Source: Bugula neritina (lineage: Eukaryota; Animalia; Bryozoa). From it: a stretch of DNA of 64,000 nucleotides. Location of the stretch: positions 3,811,538-3,875,537 of the forward strand of contig OZ037772.1 in the NCBI GenBank assembly GCA_964035545.1. The letters are read 5' to 3'. A model generated the notes under the pieces. That model was not told the DNA's origin, ran no database searches, and worked only from the letters and a program-made list of their open reading frames with translations. The translations under genes were made by a program, and so were the position numbers. Shown one piece after another: positions 22,066 to 35,912 of the stretch (position 1 is the first letter of the stretch; each line of letters begins with the position of its first letter).

Positions 22066-25000
22066 TATATACAATTGGTGATGATGCATGCCGAGTGGTA
22101 GAGTCAAGTCACAAATATCAGAATGATAAGAGTCTAGCAGCGATAATAGACATTTTGGAGCAATACTGTGTAGGAGAACGAAATATAGTGCACGAACGTT
22201 ATAAATTTAATACAAGGTGTCAATTACAAGGAGAGAATTTTGATGCTTTTTACTCAGAATTACGTACGCTAGCAGATAAATGTGGATTTAATTACCGACC
22301 TGCCACTGGTGAGGCACCAGCACCATTTGATGAGATGCTGAGAGATCGAATTGTTCTAGGAATTAGAGATGACTCTCTTAGAAAGAAATTGATTTCTCAA
22401 GGTAACACTTTAACACTAGACCAGGCAGTACGTATTTGTAGGAGCAGTGAAGTCACTTCAACTGTGATGCAAAGTGTAACAAAAGGAGCAAGCTCAGGGT
22501 CTGTAGATGCTATAAGTAAAGCACAAAGCAGCTACCCTAAATATAAGCAAAGCAAACCAAGTCATACACGCAAGCAGGGAGGTGCTGTCCAGCTGCCAGT
22601 TAACTCTCAGATGTACAAGCCTACAAACAGCCAGGATCATTGTAAAAGGTGCGGTAAGGAACCACATTCAAAAGCGGAATGCCCAGCTAAGGATGCTCAA
22701 TGCAGGAAGTGCAAGAAAGTGGGCCACTTCCAGCGGCAATGCAGAAGTACATCCATCCAGGAGGTGACCGAAGCAAGTAGTGACGATGGTATAATGTTCA
22801 CAGGAGAGTTCAAAATAGAAAACCTAACTGTGGATGCTTGGAAAGCCGAAGTAGCAGTAAATGGTAACTGTACTACTTTCAAGCTCGATACAGGTGCAGA
22901 TGGTACAGTAGTCAGTGACAAACTACCGTGGCTGTCTACTATTTCACTGCAAACTACAGGAGTCCGCTTATATGGACCTGGAGGAAAGCAACTCCAAGTC
23001 TTAGGAACTTTTGAGGCAGATCTTCAATATAAAAGTCAAAAGTACAAGGAGACAGCCTACGTAATTCAAAATCAGTCAACCTCTCTACTCAGTAGAACTG
23101 CTTGTGAAAAGTTAGGACTGATAACATGCCAAGTAAAGCAGCAAGGGGAAATAACCAAAGACATCCACACAGGCTTCTCAAAGCTATTTAAAGGCCTTGG
23201 AGCACTCAAGGGATACTCATACAGAATATCACTAATTCCAGATTACCAGCCAACATGCATCTACACTCCAAGGAAAATTCCCATTCCATTACGAGACAAA
23301 ACTAAGAAAAAGCTAGATGAGATGGCGCAACAAGGAGTTATCTCTCCCGTAACAGAAGCTACAGAGTGGTGTAGTGGAATGGTCCCAGTCCTCAAACCAT
23401 CAGGAGATGTACGCGTCTGTGTGGACCTGACTGGCCTGAATAAAGCAGTTAGAAGGAAAATCTATCCAATGCCAGCAGTCGATGAAAGTATTGGACTGTT
23501 GGGGGCAAGTAAAATCTTCTCAAAGCTGGATGCCAATAGTGGGTTCTGGCAAATACACTTGGACAAGGAGTCAAGAAAACTGACTACCTTCCTCACACCT
23601 TTTGGCCGGTTCTGTTTCAACAGACTTCCATTTGGCATATCTAGTGCACCGGAGATCTTTTCTCGAGCTATGTGCAGACTACTAGGCGACATAGAGAATG
23701 TCATCTGCCACATGGACGATATTCTAGTTCATGGTAAAGATGCAGAAAGCCATGATAAAACCTTAAAGCTGGTTTTAAGCAGACTGGAAGAAGCAGGACT
23801 CACATTGAATGAAGACAAGTGTGAGATTGGCCAAGCTCAAGTGAAGTTTTTAGGCCACATTATAGATGCTAAAGGAGTCAGCCCTGACCCGGATAAAGTC
23901 GCATCAATACGTGACTTTCCAGCCCCTACCTGTAAGACAGAGTTGAGACGACTAAATGGTATGCTGAATCAGCTAGCTAAGTTTATCCCTCACCTGTCTG
24001 AAATCACAGCTCCCATGAGAGAGTTACTGAAGGAAAGTAAGGCTTGGACATGGAATCAACCTCAAGAGGAAGCTTTCCAAAAGGTAAAGCAAACACTGAT
24101 GTCTGCTCAGGTCATAGCACACTATGATCCCAAGCTGAAAACAATTGTTGCCACTGATGCTAGCAACACTGGACTTGGAGCTGCTATGTTCCAAATACAA
24201 AAGGACGGGACAAGGAGGCCAGTATACTATGCATCAAGGTCTTTAACCTCAGTGGAACAAAATTACGCCGCAATAGAAAAGGAGGCATTGGCAATGGCTT
24301 GGGCATGCAACAAGCTTGATCAGTTTTTAAGAGGATTACCTTTCACTCTAGAGACGGATCACAAGCCTTTGGTTAGGCTTATGGGTGTAAAAGACTTAGA
24401 CCAAGTGCCAGCCAGGATTCTTCGATTGAGACTGCGGCTCATGAGGTATGCTCCAAAAATAGAGTATATCCCAGGGTCTCGCAACCACGTAGCAGATGCA
24501 TTGTCGCGAGCACCCTCTGGTATACCATCTCGCATAGATGTGATGCTGGTCGAAGAGCTAGAAGCTAGCACTTCCATCATACCTTTGATAGATCCGATGG
24601 TCGAAGAGATCAAGGAGGCACAGCAACTAGATGCCGTGTGCCAAGAGGTCCAGAATCTCATTATAAAAGGATGGCCTACATATAAAACAGATGCCCACAC
24701 AGCAGTACACCCTTACTGGGATGTCAAAGGACATTTGACACAATCTAAAGGCCTTCTCTTATATGATCAGCGGCTAGTCATCCCTAGCAACTTAAGACTA
24801 AAACTGCTTGACCGCATTCACCAGGCCCATCAAGGAATAGTAAAATGCCAGGCAAGAGCCAGAAGAGCTATCTGGTGGCCGGGAATGTCTAAACAAATAA
24901 AAGAAATGGTACAGGGGTGTCGACAGTGCAGAATTAACTCACCGACCCCGGTGGAGCCTCTGCAGCCATCCACCTTGCCATCTAAACCCTGGATAAAGTT

Positions 25001-25928
25001 AGGTGCAGACCTGTTCGAGTTCCAGAAAAAGAACTATCGGTTAGTGGTCGATTATCATAGCAGATACATAGAAGTTAGGAGATTAGACTCACTGTCGTCA
25101 GCATTCACTGTGGACAAAGTTAAATCCATCTTCTCAACTCATGGAATTCCCGAGGTAGTCATTTCTGACAATGGACCTCAGTTCAGCTCTAGGGAGTTCC
25201 AAGAATTTGCCAAAAGTTATGGTTTTCAACATGTGACCAGCTCTCCGAAATATCCAAAAGCCAATGGCGAAGCTGAGAGAGCGGTAGGAACAGTAAAGCG
25301 TCTGTGGAGCAAAACTACAGATCCATACCTAAGCCTATTAACCTATAGAGCTACCCCACTCGAAAACGGATTCACTCCTTCAGAACTTTTGATGAACAGG
25401 CTATTTCGAACTACTCTACCCTCCATGCCTGAAACCCGAGTGGTTCACAAGCCACCAAACATTGCTGAGAAGGAACAACACATAAATCTAAGGACCATGA
25501 ATAACTACAACCAACGGCACAAAGCCACTCTGTTGCCTGAACTTTCTCAAGGTTCACCCGTCTATGTCAGAGACACTAAGAAACAGGGCACAGTTCTGGC
25601 AAGTGTAGCTCCACACTCATACACGGTTAAAACTGAAACAGGAGTTATACGCCGAAACCGAAGTGCGTTGGTAGATCTTCGGGAAGAGGACCCCGTGGTG
25701 CTTGAACCAAATGCTCCTCCGCCGGTTCCTATGGGTGCAGAGGTGCTTGGTCCAAAAGCTAACAAAAAAGCCAATCCATCAGGAACGCAGGCACCCGGAA
25801 CATTGGTCGCAGAGGGCTCGGGTACGTCTTTAGCCCATACAGCCAGTCCAACGGTTCCGGGTAGGTTTTGTGCTCTATCCAGAGAGCGAAGATTGCCCCG
25901 GAGATTTGATGACTATGTGATGAATTAA
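22066..25928 (+). CDS. Family C Gag-Pol remainder: two Cys/His knuckles, PR, RT, RNase H, integrase
   Basis: LRDRIVLGI, CKRCGKEPH..CPA..CRKCKKVGHF..C, LDTGAD, VCVDLTGLN, LPFGI, HMDD, TDAS, ETDHKPL, H-x3-H..CRQC, SDNGPQF, EAERAV. Confidence 0.93.
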
Positions 25929-26916
25929 CATCCAGACGATCTAACCACGGAGACACTCGTGCCTTCTATGGAACAATCATAAAAATACATATTGTCATGT
26001 TTTTTCTCACTATTGTTAACCTTCACTTACTATTGTCAATCTTAATTAATAGCATACGTGATTACATATAAATGTTTTTTGTAACCCACTTAGAAAGGGG
26101 GATGTTGTGTTGTTTGACTCGCTATTATTCACCGCGAGACTCGTTGAGCTCGGGGATTTTCCTACTAGCTAGAATTGAAATAAATCACGATAATTATCAG
26201 CTTAGACTCAATCCAACTTTGTTGTACTCTTACGCACCAATCACACAATATATAATATAATATATAATATAATAATATATTATATATGATATTATATATA
26301 TATAATATAATATATAATATAATAATATATAATATATTATTAAAATATATATATATATTATTATAATATATATATATATTATATATAATATTATTATACT
26401 TGTATAATATATATATATATAATATAATATAATATATAATAATATATGATATATTATTATAATATATATATATATTATAAATAATATAATATAATAATAT
26501 ATTTCATATGATATTATATATATATAATATATATATGATATAATATATAATATAATAATATATAATATATTATTCTAAAATATATATATATTATTATAAT
26601 ATATATATATATATTATATATAATATTATTATACTTGTATAATATATATAGAATAATATAATATATAATAATATATAATATATTATTATAATATATATAT
26701 ATATTTTGTAAATAATATAATATAATAATATATTTTATATGATATTATATATATATATATATAATATATATAATATAATATATAATATAATAATATATTA
26801 TATTATTATATTATATAATATATTATTATAATATATATATATTATATATAATATTATTATACTTATATAATATATATATAATATAACAATTATAATATAA
26901 AAATATATAATATATT

Positions 26917-26982
<66 letters not shown>

Positions 26983-27899
26983 CATGCCGAATATTTACTA
27001 CAAATTTCAAAAATAGCATAAATTAAATAGTATTACCGTGCCTATTTGCATCCAATTTACTAGTCTTACATTTATAGCAACTGTAACGTATTTTGTGTAA
27101 AATGGTTATTGCAAGCATTATTCAATTCATATTCACATTGTAATCACAGCGAAGCTTAAACTTTATAGCTTTGTATTCACGTGCATGATTAAGTTTTAAT
27201 TTTTTTTAAAATTTTATATGTATTGAAAATATGTTTAAAAACTTTACCAATAAACAAAACTAAAAAAAATGGACACATAATATAAAAAAAAAATAAAATC
27301 ACAAAAGTGGCAAAATTTTTCCTTTATTACTTATATAAACTTGCGGTACCATTAGCGACATAATGATTTTTCATGGTTTAAAGTCAACACTCTTAATAAA
27401 CCACACTGGATAGAAGTTAATGATCGATATTGACTCGCTAAGAGTTTTCATGTAAACCCGCAAACTACAACTTTTAACTTGACCGCAAAGCTGGAAGTAC
27501 GATAAGCGTCGCCGTATTGATTTCAGGCGAATTTTAGTTGATTTCTTTCAAACTGCTGAGAAGTAATATTTGCTTCCATTTTATGTCTGTATCAGCCATC
27601 AGGGCTATCGCGATACAATTATAAAGGCTCTTAATTCAATCAATATTATGAAATAATTAATGTAGGAAATTCAATTTTGACTATATAGAATAATCTCAAT
27701 CTGAATAAGTATTATTTATTTATTGTAACACTTGCACATCGTCTTACTCTTACTCTTAGTCAGATAACATAGTACATACTGATACTCATACTGATACTCA
27801 TAGTGTCATACTGATACTCAATCCCATACTCAATCTCATACTGAGTCTGATACTCATAGTCATAGTGATAGTCTTTGCCAGATTATTGCTAGATAATCT

Positions 27900-28085
27900 A
27901 AGCTAGTACTAGTACTACTACTAGTAGTACTAGTACTAGTAGTACTACTACTAGTACTAGTAGTAGTACTAATAATCACAGTACTAAAGTAAATTAGTAG
28001 TACTAATAGTAATAGTATTAGAGTAATACTAATACTAATAGTAATACTACCACTAGTAGTAGCAGTAGTGCTAGTAGTAGTAGGC
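27900..28085. repeat. Low-complexity TAG/TAC (ACTAGT) quasi-palindromic microsatellite
   Basis: Repeated tagtac/actagt/agtaatact units. Confidence 0.7.
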
Positions 28086-28659
28086 TACATGATGATGATC
28101 ATTATGATTATGATTATGAAGATGGTTATTACTATAACTATTACGGTATGAGTATAACTATAACTGTATTAGTATTTGGTTTTATTTTGCATTGCTAATT
28201 GAAGACCATGCGTTAAAATTAACTGTTTCTCTCTTTTCTAAATTACATTTCAAGTTGCACACTACTAGACATATATGCTTTCAATTTTTTGGTCTATCTT
28301 CAAGTTGTGAAACTTGACCAGTATGACTACGACTAACTGTAACTAGAATAAAATATTGAATAATAGAGAAGTTCCATACTGTTACACCTCCTTTGACTTG
28401 TGCTACCGTCGGTAGTGCTAAAAGAGTGGAGCCAAAGAAAAGCATCATCACAGAATTCACAGCCTGCTGGTTTGAGATTTTTGTGGTCTAGAGATTGTAC
28501 TGGGTTACAGAGATCTTTTTCCGTCTGTGAATTTTTGATCCCTGCGGTTGTTTCTGGCTGTGGGTAGTTGGAGGTGTTGAGGGAGTGGGCTCACTGGGTA
28601 GGCTATATTATTGTAATCATATTAACCAACTTGACAGTTTACTAATTCATTGTCTAACT

Positions 28660-28855
28660 CTGTCTGTCTTAGTCTAGTAACACTATTTATTTATTTATTT
28701 ACTTATTAATTTATTTATTCGACTAAATCTTGTCTGTCTTAGTCTAGTAACACTATTTATTTATTTATTTACTCATTAATTTATTTATTTGACTAAATCT
28801 TGTCTGCCTTTGTCTAGTAGCACTATTTATTTATTTATTTACTTATTAATTTAAT
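28660..28855. repeat. ~69-bp tandem repeat x3 containing (TTTA)n
   Basis: tgtctgtcttagtctagtaacactatttatttatttatttact... occurs three times. Confidence 0.8.
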
Positions 28856-28998
28856 TAAATTACTAGTTTATATCACCAAGTTATATTACTAGTTTATACT
28901 GCTAGTATTCAACAACTATTCTCCATCACATCTCAACTCTGACGCAACTACACTGACTAAACATCGGTATAGTTTATAGTTTATGTTGAACTCTTCAG

Positions 28999-29925
28999 AC
29001 CCTGAGATATGTGCGTGTGGCTTTACCTGCGAGTGTGGTGCCTGTGTTGGGGTATGTGACCTTGACAGAGACTGTGGGAAGCTGCAGATCTGTTTGGAGA
29101 AAAGATGTTATCAGCAGGCCTCACCAGATGACAGAACAGTTGTCTGGGATCTTTATCACTCAGAACTAGTAGAATGTTCTTCAGGTTTGAATGCGAAATC
29201 TTTGTTTTAAACTCTATTAGAGTTTAAAAGTGTTGCTTTTTATTGTACTTATATCTGTGCTGGCCAGGATTTTTGAATGATTTTTGTAATGTATTTACAT
29301 AACAGAGTGTAACCTTAAAGCTGAATTTGCTTTATTTTCTACATATTTTGGTTTGCGATTTTTCAGTAGAAACGAGGCATCACACTTGGTGTGATTATCA
29401 GCATTTTTTGCAGGTGCTTCTATCCGTGTACAGCCTGTCCTAGTGATGGACAAATCTGTCACCATGGTGTCTGTAAAGAGGGCTGTCAGGTGAGTAGTCG
29501 CTATGACCTACACTGCGAGTTATTGATGACTTTCATACTATGAGTTGTGACTGCCTACTATAATTTATACTGCGAGTCCAAGTAGCTGCTGTAACTTATG
29601 CTGTGAGTCATGACTAACTGAAATCACTTATACTGTGAGTCATGACTAACTGATATCACTTATACTGTGAGTCAATTATCAAAAATAGCAAAGAAGTAGA
29701 GACATGTTGTGTATGTGAGATATGTGAGGTTATATAGTGACTAGTTCGCTATTTATAGAGTTTTGTTTCTATTAATAGACTGTACTGAAAATGAACAATG
29801 TGGATCTGAGTTTACTGAATGCATATCCAACATATGCTATCAGCTTTATCCTCTCAACAATCCAGATCTTTCTGATGCTGAGCAGGACAGACTCTTTGAT
29901 GATCGGCTGGATCTACAGAATGATG
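28999..29925 (+). pseudogene. Three Cys-rich exons (28999-29184, 29414-29489, 29779-29925), probably the N-terminal part of the downstream collagen
   Basis: AG/GT-bounded frames DPEICACGFTCECGACVGVCDLDRDCGKLQICLEKRCYQ..., CFYPCTACPSDGQICHHGVCKEGCQ and CTENEQCGSEFTECISNICYQ.... The middle exon is out of phase with its neighbours. Linkage to the collagen is inferred. Confidence 0.55.
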
Positions 29926-29929
29926 GTAA

Positions 29930-31270
29930 GTTACTCTGTTAGTACAGTTACTCTGTTAGTATAGTTACTCTGTTAGTATAGTTACTCTTTTAGTACAGTT
30001 ACTCTGTTAGTATAGTTACTCTGTTAGTATAGTTACTCTGTTAGTACAGTTACTCTGTTAGTACAGTTACTCTGTTAGTATAGTTACTCTGTTAGTACAG
30101 TTACTCTGTTAGTATAGTTACTCTGTTAGTATAGTTACTCTGTTAGTATAATTACTCTGTTAGTATAGTTACTCTGTTAGTATAGTTACTCTGTTAGTAC
30201 AGTTACTCTGTTAGTACAGTTACTCTGTTAGTATAGTTACTCTGTTAGTATAGTTACTCTGTTAGTATAGTTACTCTTTTAGTACAGTTACTCTGTTAGT
30301 ATAGTTACTCTGTTAGTATAGTTACTCTGTTAGTATAGTTACTCTGTTAGTACAGTTACTCTGTTAGTATAGTTACTCTGTTAGTATAGCTACTCTGTTA
30401 GTACAGTTACTCTGTTAGTATAGTTACTCTGTTAGTATAATTACTCTGGTAGTACAGTTACTCTGTTAGTATAGTTACTATGTTAGTATAGTTACTCTGT
30501 TAGTATAGCTACTCTGTTAGTACAGTTACTCGGTTAGTATAGTTACTCTGTTAGTATAGTTACTCTGTTAGTATAGTTACTCTGTTAGTTTAGTTACTCT
30601 GTTAGTATAATTACTCTGTTAGTATAGTTACTCTGTTAGTACGGTTACTCTGTTACTCTGTTAGTATAGTTACTCTGTTAGTTTAGTTACTCTGTTAGTA
30701 TAATTACTCTGTTAGTACGGTTACTCTGTTAGTACGGTTACTCTGTTAGTATAGTTACTCTGTTAATATAGTTACTGTGTTAGTACAGTTACTCTGTTAG
30801 TATAGTTACTCTGTTAGTCTAGTTACTCTTTTAGTACAGTTACTCTGTTAGTATAGTTACTCTGTTAGTATAGTTACTCTGTTAGTATAGTTACTCTGTT
30901 AGTATAGTTACTCTTTTAGTACAGTTACTCTGTTAGTATAGTTACTCTGTTAGTACAGTTACTCTGTTAGTACGGTTACTCTGTTAGTTTAGTTACTCTG
31001 TTAGTATAGTTACTCTGTTAGTATAGTTACTCTGTTAGTATAGTTACTCCTAGTTTAGTTACTCTGTTAGTATAGTTACTATGTTAGTTTAGTTACTCTG
31101 TTAGTATAGTTACTCCTAGTTTAGTTACTCTGTTAGTACAGTTACTCTGTTAGTATAGTTACTCTGTTAGTACAGTTACTCTGTTAGTATAGTCACTCTG
31201 TTAGTACAGTTACTCTGCTGGTACAGTTACTCTGTTAGTATAATTGATCTGTTAGTACAGTTATTGTTAG
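29930..31270. repeat. 17-bp minisatellite (GTTACTCTGTTAGTAYA)n, ~1.3 kb
   Basis: Directly visible tandem array starting at the GTAAG donor at 29926. Confidence 0.97.
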
Positions 31271-31380
31271 TATAGTTACAGTAACAGTTTGCTAGTCATA
31301 ATAACTTTCACTGTTAGTTGCTTAACAAGTTATTCTACGTCTCTTGTAGCCACAACCAAAGTGGTGTCTATATATCCTGC

Positions 31381-31853
31381 TAGTGACTTGAGTAATGACT
31401 CATATGTAATTGTAATTAATTACATATCTAATGTAATTGATTTTTGCAATTACTTCACAATTACATCTCAATTACTTTAAACTTTTAAGTCTTAAAATCT
31501 TAAGAAATTTATTCTTTTTTAGCATGACTACTGTTAAATAACAAGTACAGATTAAGTCAATGTAGTATAGTATCACTTTTGCGAATAAAGCACGTTCACC
31601 CCTGTCAAAATTGCCCCTGCTAGGTGGACCCTAGAGGTGAAATTGCATAACTTCCATTTGTCCTTTGTGAGAACAAAAGTAATTTTAATTGTAATTATTT
31701 GCATCGCCATGTAATTGTAATTAATTGCTTTACAATGTAGTTTTGTACTGTAATTAATTACATTTATTTCAACTGTAATTATAATTGTAATTGACAAATT
31801 ATCATGTAATTGTAATTAATTACATTCACATGTAATTGACCCCAACAACCCTG
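31381..31853. mobile_element. Degenerate hAT-like MITE with GTAATTGTAATTAATTAC subterminal repeats
   Basis: Clusters of gtaattg/aattac at both ends and a right terminus ...CAACCCTG. The left end and TSD are not resolved. Confidence 0.45.
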
Positions 31854-32459
31854 GTTTATTATGGAGCTCATACTTTTATTGTTCAAGGTCTAGATGTATT
31901 CTCCACCATGTTTTTACTAGAAGTAAACTTTAATTTGGTAATAAGTATAAAATAAACTGTTGTTTCGCATTGTACAGTTTACTATTGCCTGAATATTGTA
32001 TTGAAAATATTGGCTTAACAATTCCAGTGCAGCGATGTGATTGGCCTGACAATAACAAAGTAGTGATGTGATTGGCTACTCTGTTCTGTTTTGCAGGGCC
32101 ATGCCTACTTGTATTATGTGTTAATCTTGTTTTGCAGTGAACAGAAAGGGATAATGGGTCCCAAAAGACACCCGGGATCTTACCATGGAGAGGAAGGGTT
32201 CACCCGATGTTGATGGCCTGCCTGGTATATCCGGCAATCCTGGAGATGCAGGAGAAAGGAGACCACCTTGTTTGTCAGGAGATACCGGACTTTTTGGAGA
32301 ACCAGGTAATGTTTATGCTCAATTGAGTTTAATCTGTCAAGTTATGTTGGGGTCTTTTTCGTTTTCGTTATTTTATGTTTGTTACGTGGAAAAAGGAAAA
32401 AACTCTGTCTTGGAGCATTTTGGTTTTTTCAGAGAGCTTTGGATTATTTTGTTATGTTC

Positions 32460-32765
32460 TACACAGGGGTGTAGACAAACTAAACTAGACAGGGGTGTAG
32501 ACAGACTAAACTACATAGGGGTGTAGACAGACTAAACTACATAGGGGTGTAGACAGACTAAACTATATAGGGGTGTAGACAGACAAAACTTACTACGAAC
32601 TTATAACTACCTTGCATCATGTCGTCATGACGTCTCTATTTTATTCTGTCTACACAGGGGTGTAGACAGAATAAACTACACAGGGCTGTAGACAGACTAG
32701 ACTAACCAGTGGTCTAGATGGACTAAACCTCCTACGAACTTACAATTACCTTGCGTCATGACGTC
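32460..32765. repeat. ~26-bp intronic tandem repeat (GGGGTGTAGACAGACTAAACTACATA) with a block duplication
   Basis: Direct inspection. Confidence 0.8.
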
Positions 32766-33044
32766 TCTATTCTCTCCTATAATTTGACCTTTATTTAGCG
32801 AGCAGATTTCTAGTAGGCTTTTCTATAGTGACCAGTCACACTGTTTATTATAGCAACATAGAAATCAAGTTGAAAACTAGTTGCACCTGTTGTGATGATA
32901 TCAATGGGTGCTTACAGGTAGAGACGGAGTACCTGGACCTGTTGAGATTGGATATCAGGGTAAACAAGGAGATCAAGGTCCTGCAGGTAAGAATGAGGAG
33001 TTACTCACCCTTGCTTGTGTATTTCTGTTCTTTTTAGGTATTCT

Positions 33045-33312
33045 ATAATATGCTGGGGTTTCCCTCACAGCTATTATATATGCTGGAATTCCCCTCACAC
33101 CTATGATATATGCCGGGGTTTCCCTCACAGCTATGCTATATGCTGGGGTTTCCCTCACAGCTATTATATATGCTGGAATTCCTCTCACAGCTATGCTATA
33201 TGCTGGGGTTTCCCTCACAGCTATGCTATATGCTGGGGTTTCCCTCACAGCTATTATATATGCTGGAATTCCTCTCACAGCTATGCTATATGCTGGGGTT
33301 CTCCTCACAGCT
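33045..33312. repeat. 30-bp intronic minisatellite
   Basis: (TATGCTGGGGTTTCCCTCACAGCTATKMTA)n; source of the 10-aa-periodic spurious ORFs. Confidence 0.92.
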
Positions 33313-35734
33313 AGTCTGCACTAAGGCAGGGAGTAGGCTAAGTAATCATATTGAATCCCAGCAGTGCTTGTTATTTCAACTGGCAGGATTACTATGTATG
33401 ATAGTTACTCTGACTGGTTTTCATGGATCATTTTTACCATATTGTTTGCCACATGATGCATTGTCTTAGTAAAAACAAGAAAACAAAGAAATATACCAGA
33501 AATGTTGAGAAATGTGGTGTTCCAGAATTAATAAATGACCACTTGTAATGCATACTGATGCTGCTTGGTTAGTAGGACCTGTCGAACAAGGTGGAGAACC
33601 TGGTCTGGATGGCAGAAATGGAAAGACAGGAGAAACTGCACGAACTGGTATGCCTGGTCCAACCGGCTCAAGGGGGGTCACTGGAGAACCCGGATCTGAT
33701 GGAAGGTATTTTTTGTGCTTTACTCTACCCTATTCAGCTTCTTGGAACTTTTTATGTGATTTAGTTTTTATAATTTGTTGTCAATTTTTTCAGAGACGGT
33801 TTACCTGGAGTACTGGGTGCTGATGGTAGACCTGGGGAGCAGGGTGATCAAGGACCTCCTGGCTCCATGGATCCAGTGGAAATCCCCGGTAACCAGGGAC
33901 CTGAAGGTGCTCAAGGAGACAAGGGTGATAAGGCAGGAACATTCTTTATTCAGTTTTCTATTTATTTCAGTTCTCTGGTTTTCCACTAGTCAATCCTGTA
34001 GTTGTTTATTTGTTTTAGTTTATTTATGTTAATACTAGAGTTGCTTCAGTGACATCACATGATGTAATATATTACATAACAGTACAGTATAATACACCAT
34101 AATATAATATGTTATACAATACAATAATATTACAGAAAATATTATTCAATAATATCTCACAGCTAAGTTGTGTCTCCTAAATATATTCATTACTATAGGG
34201 GCCAGCTGGGCCACAGGGTGCTTCTGGACCAACTGGATTGTCTGGGCCAACTGGTCCTCAGGGACCCCACGGAGCTTCCGGGAATTCCCGGCGAACAAGG
34301 ACCTAAAGGTATGAATTAAGTTGAACCAATCGTTGTCCTTAGTTATTGGCCATCAACAGAATCTTGACTCTAAGAGTTATCCTACCTGGTAAGAAGGTAA
34401 GGCAACTCCTAACTCATGATAATATGAATATCATCTGCTGTTGTAAGACCCACTGGTTTCCAAGGACCGCAGGGATTCCTCGGAGCTCCCGGTATTGATG
34501 GTGAAAGGGGAGATGTTGGACCAGTGGGTATTGCTGGACCACCTGGGCTACGGGGTGCAGACGGCAAACAAGGAATAACTGGTTCTCCTGGTGCTATGGG
34601 TGCTAAGGGACCACCTGTACCTGATGGTGCTAAGGTAAACACTTACACTGTTAGCAGGTTATTGTTATTCATCTTGTTAGTTTAGTTGTAATAAACCAAT
34701 AGTGTGTATTTCTAGGGTGAACAATGAGCTCTATAATATGTACCTCAGTGAGTAATGGTCATGATGTGCTTTGATGTTGCCTGCTTTGTAGCGGAAAAGA
34801 TCTTTTAAATGCTGTTTTGGAACTCAAATGAAGGACCTGTTTCAAATTGTTTATGTTTTTGCAGACAAACATTTTTATAATTAACTGCTAGAAACTATTG
34901 TAATAAAACTATAGACAGCTGTTATAATGTGTTTCTCCTCCTAGCATTGATGATTGACATTCTTGTTTGATGAGTCACCTATTTAGTCCGCTTCTTCAGT
35001 CAAATGTTGCTACATTCTGACATATTATTATATAACGTTGGTTTTATTACTGTTAGCTTACATTACTACTTCCACCTTATTTCTCTAGAAACAAAAGTAA
35101 GGGATGGGTCCAAAGACAGCCCCGTTAGAGACTGTAGAGAACTTTTCACTGAAAACCCAGAGTTCAAGAGTGGAACCTAATGGGTGAGAGAAGATGCTGA
35201 TATGTTTCTATTTTCTCTGCTCAGAGGAAATCTGCATCCAAGTCTAATGACTGAAATTTTGTGAACATGTTTTACATTCTACAATTACTACTCCTGAGAT
35301 GTCAATATAATGTCATGTGAAGTTTCTACAGATATTTAATGAATTGTTGTTTAGGAAGAAGAGTTTTCCCATGAGTTGTCTGTAATATATAATTCTGTAG
35401 ATTCAACAGCTGAACATGTTTTAGTAGTTTTATTTGATATTAGCATTGTGTTGGTGTGAAATAGAGAAGTTGTATTCTCTATTGTTTGTTGTCAGGTGGA
35501 TCCAGATGGTGGCTCCATAGCTAATGCTATCCAGGCTTACTGTCGCAAGGAAATGAAGAGCACTTGTATCAATGCCAAGACCTCCGAGTTTGCCACCAAA
35601 TCGTACATCACCCAGCAGCTAGATAATCAGCCATTTGTTGCTAAACACATGGGAACAACAATTGTGAGTGTTTATCTTGCATCAACCATGACTTTCTCAG
35701 TAATACTTGAGAATATTCAAAAGTTTTATGTTGA

Positions 35735-35912
35735 GAATTGTCGCTATAGTAACATATTTGTTTACTGTATGGATGTTGATAAGTGTTGCTATAGTAACAT
35801 GTGGGTTTCCTGTATGGATGTTGATAAGTGTTGCTATAGTAACATGTTGATTTCCTGTATGGATGTTGATAAGTGTTGCTATAGTAACATGTTGATTTCC
35901 TGTATGGATTGT
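35735..35912. repeat. 45-bp intronic tandem repeat x~4
   Basis: tgttgataagtgttgctatagtaacatgttgatttcctgtatgga units. Confidence 0.85.

Larger units (their letters stand above)
14322..26247 (+). mobile_element. Ty3/Gypsy LTR retrotransposon, family C (Mag-like), interrupted by B1
   Basis: Identical 145-bp LTRs at 14322-14466 and 26103-26247. 5-bp TSD ATATA. PBS TGGTGGCAGCAG at 14467-14478. PPT AGAAAGGGGGA at 26092-26102. Confidence 0.95.
13634..27408. mobile_element. hAT-type fold-back element, copy 3 (arm B ... arm A), carrying Gypsy C and B1 in its core
   Basis: CAGTGTGG... at 13634 and ...CCACACTG ending at 27408. Flanked by GATAGAAG at 13626-13633 and 27409-27416. Arms ~13634-14073 and ~26983-27408. 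Confidence 0.92.

Noticed and set aside
14322-26247. Age paradox: host C has identical LTRs while nested B1 has 3 LTR differences
   Set aside because: 145 bp is too short for zero differences to conflict with ~1% divergence. Two of the B1 changes are hypermutable CpG transitions.
28390-28600. GC-richer minus-strand exon-like stretch
   Set aside because: Stops in all plausible frames and no recognisable homology.
29930-31270. CRISPR-like appearance of the regular arrays (also 33045, 39963, 42290)
   Set aside because: Head-to-tail units without unique spacers, in a eukaryotic intronic context with no cas genes.
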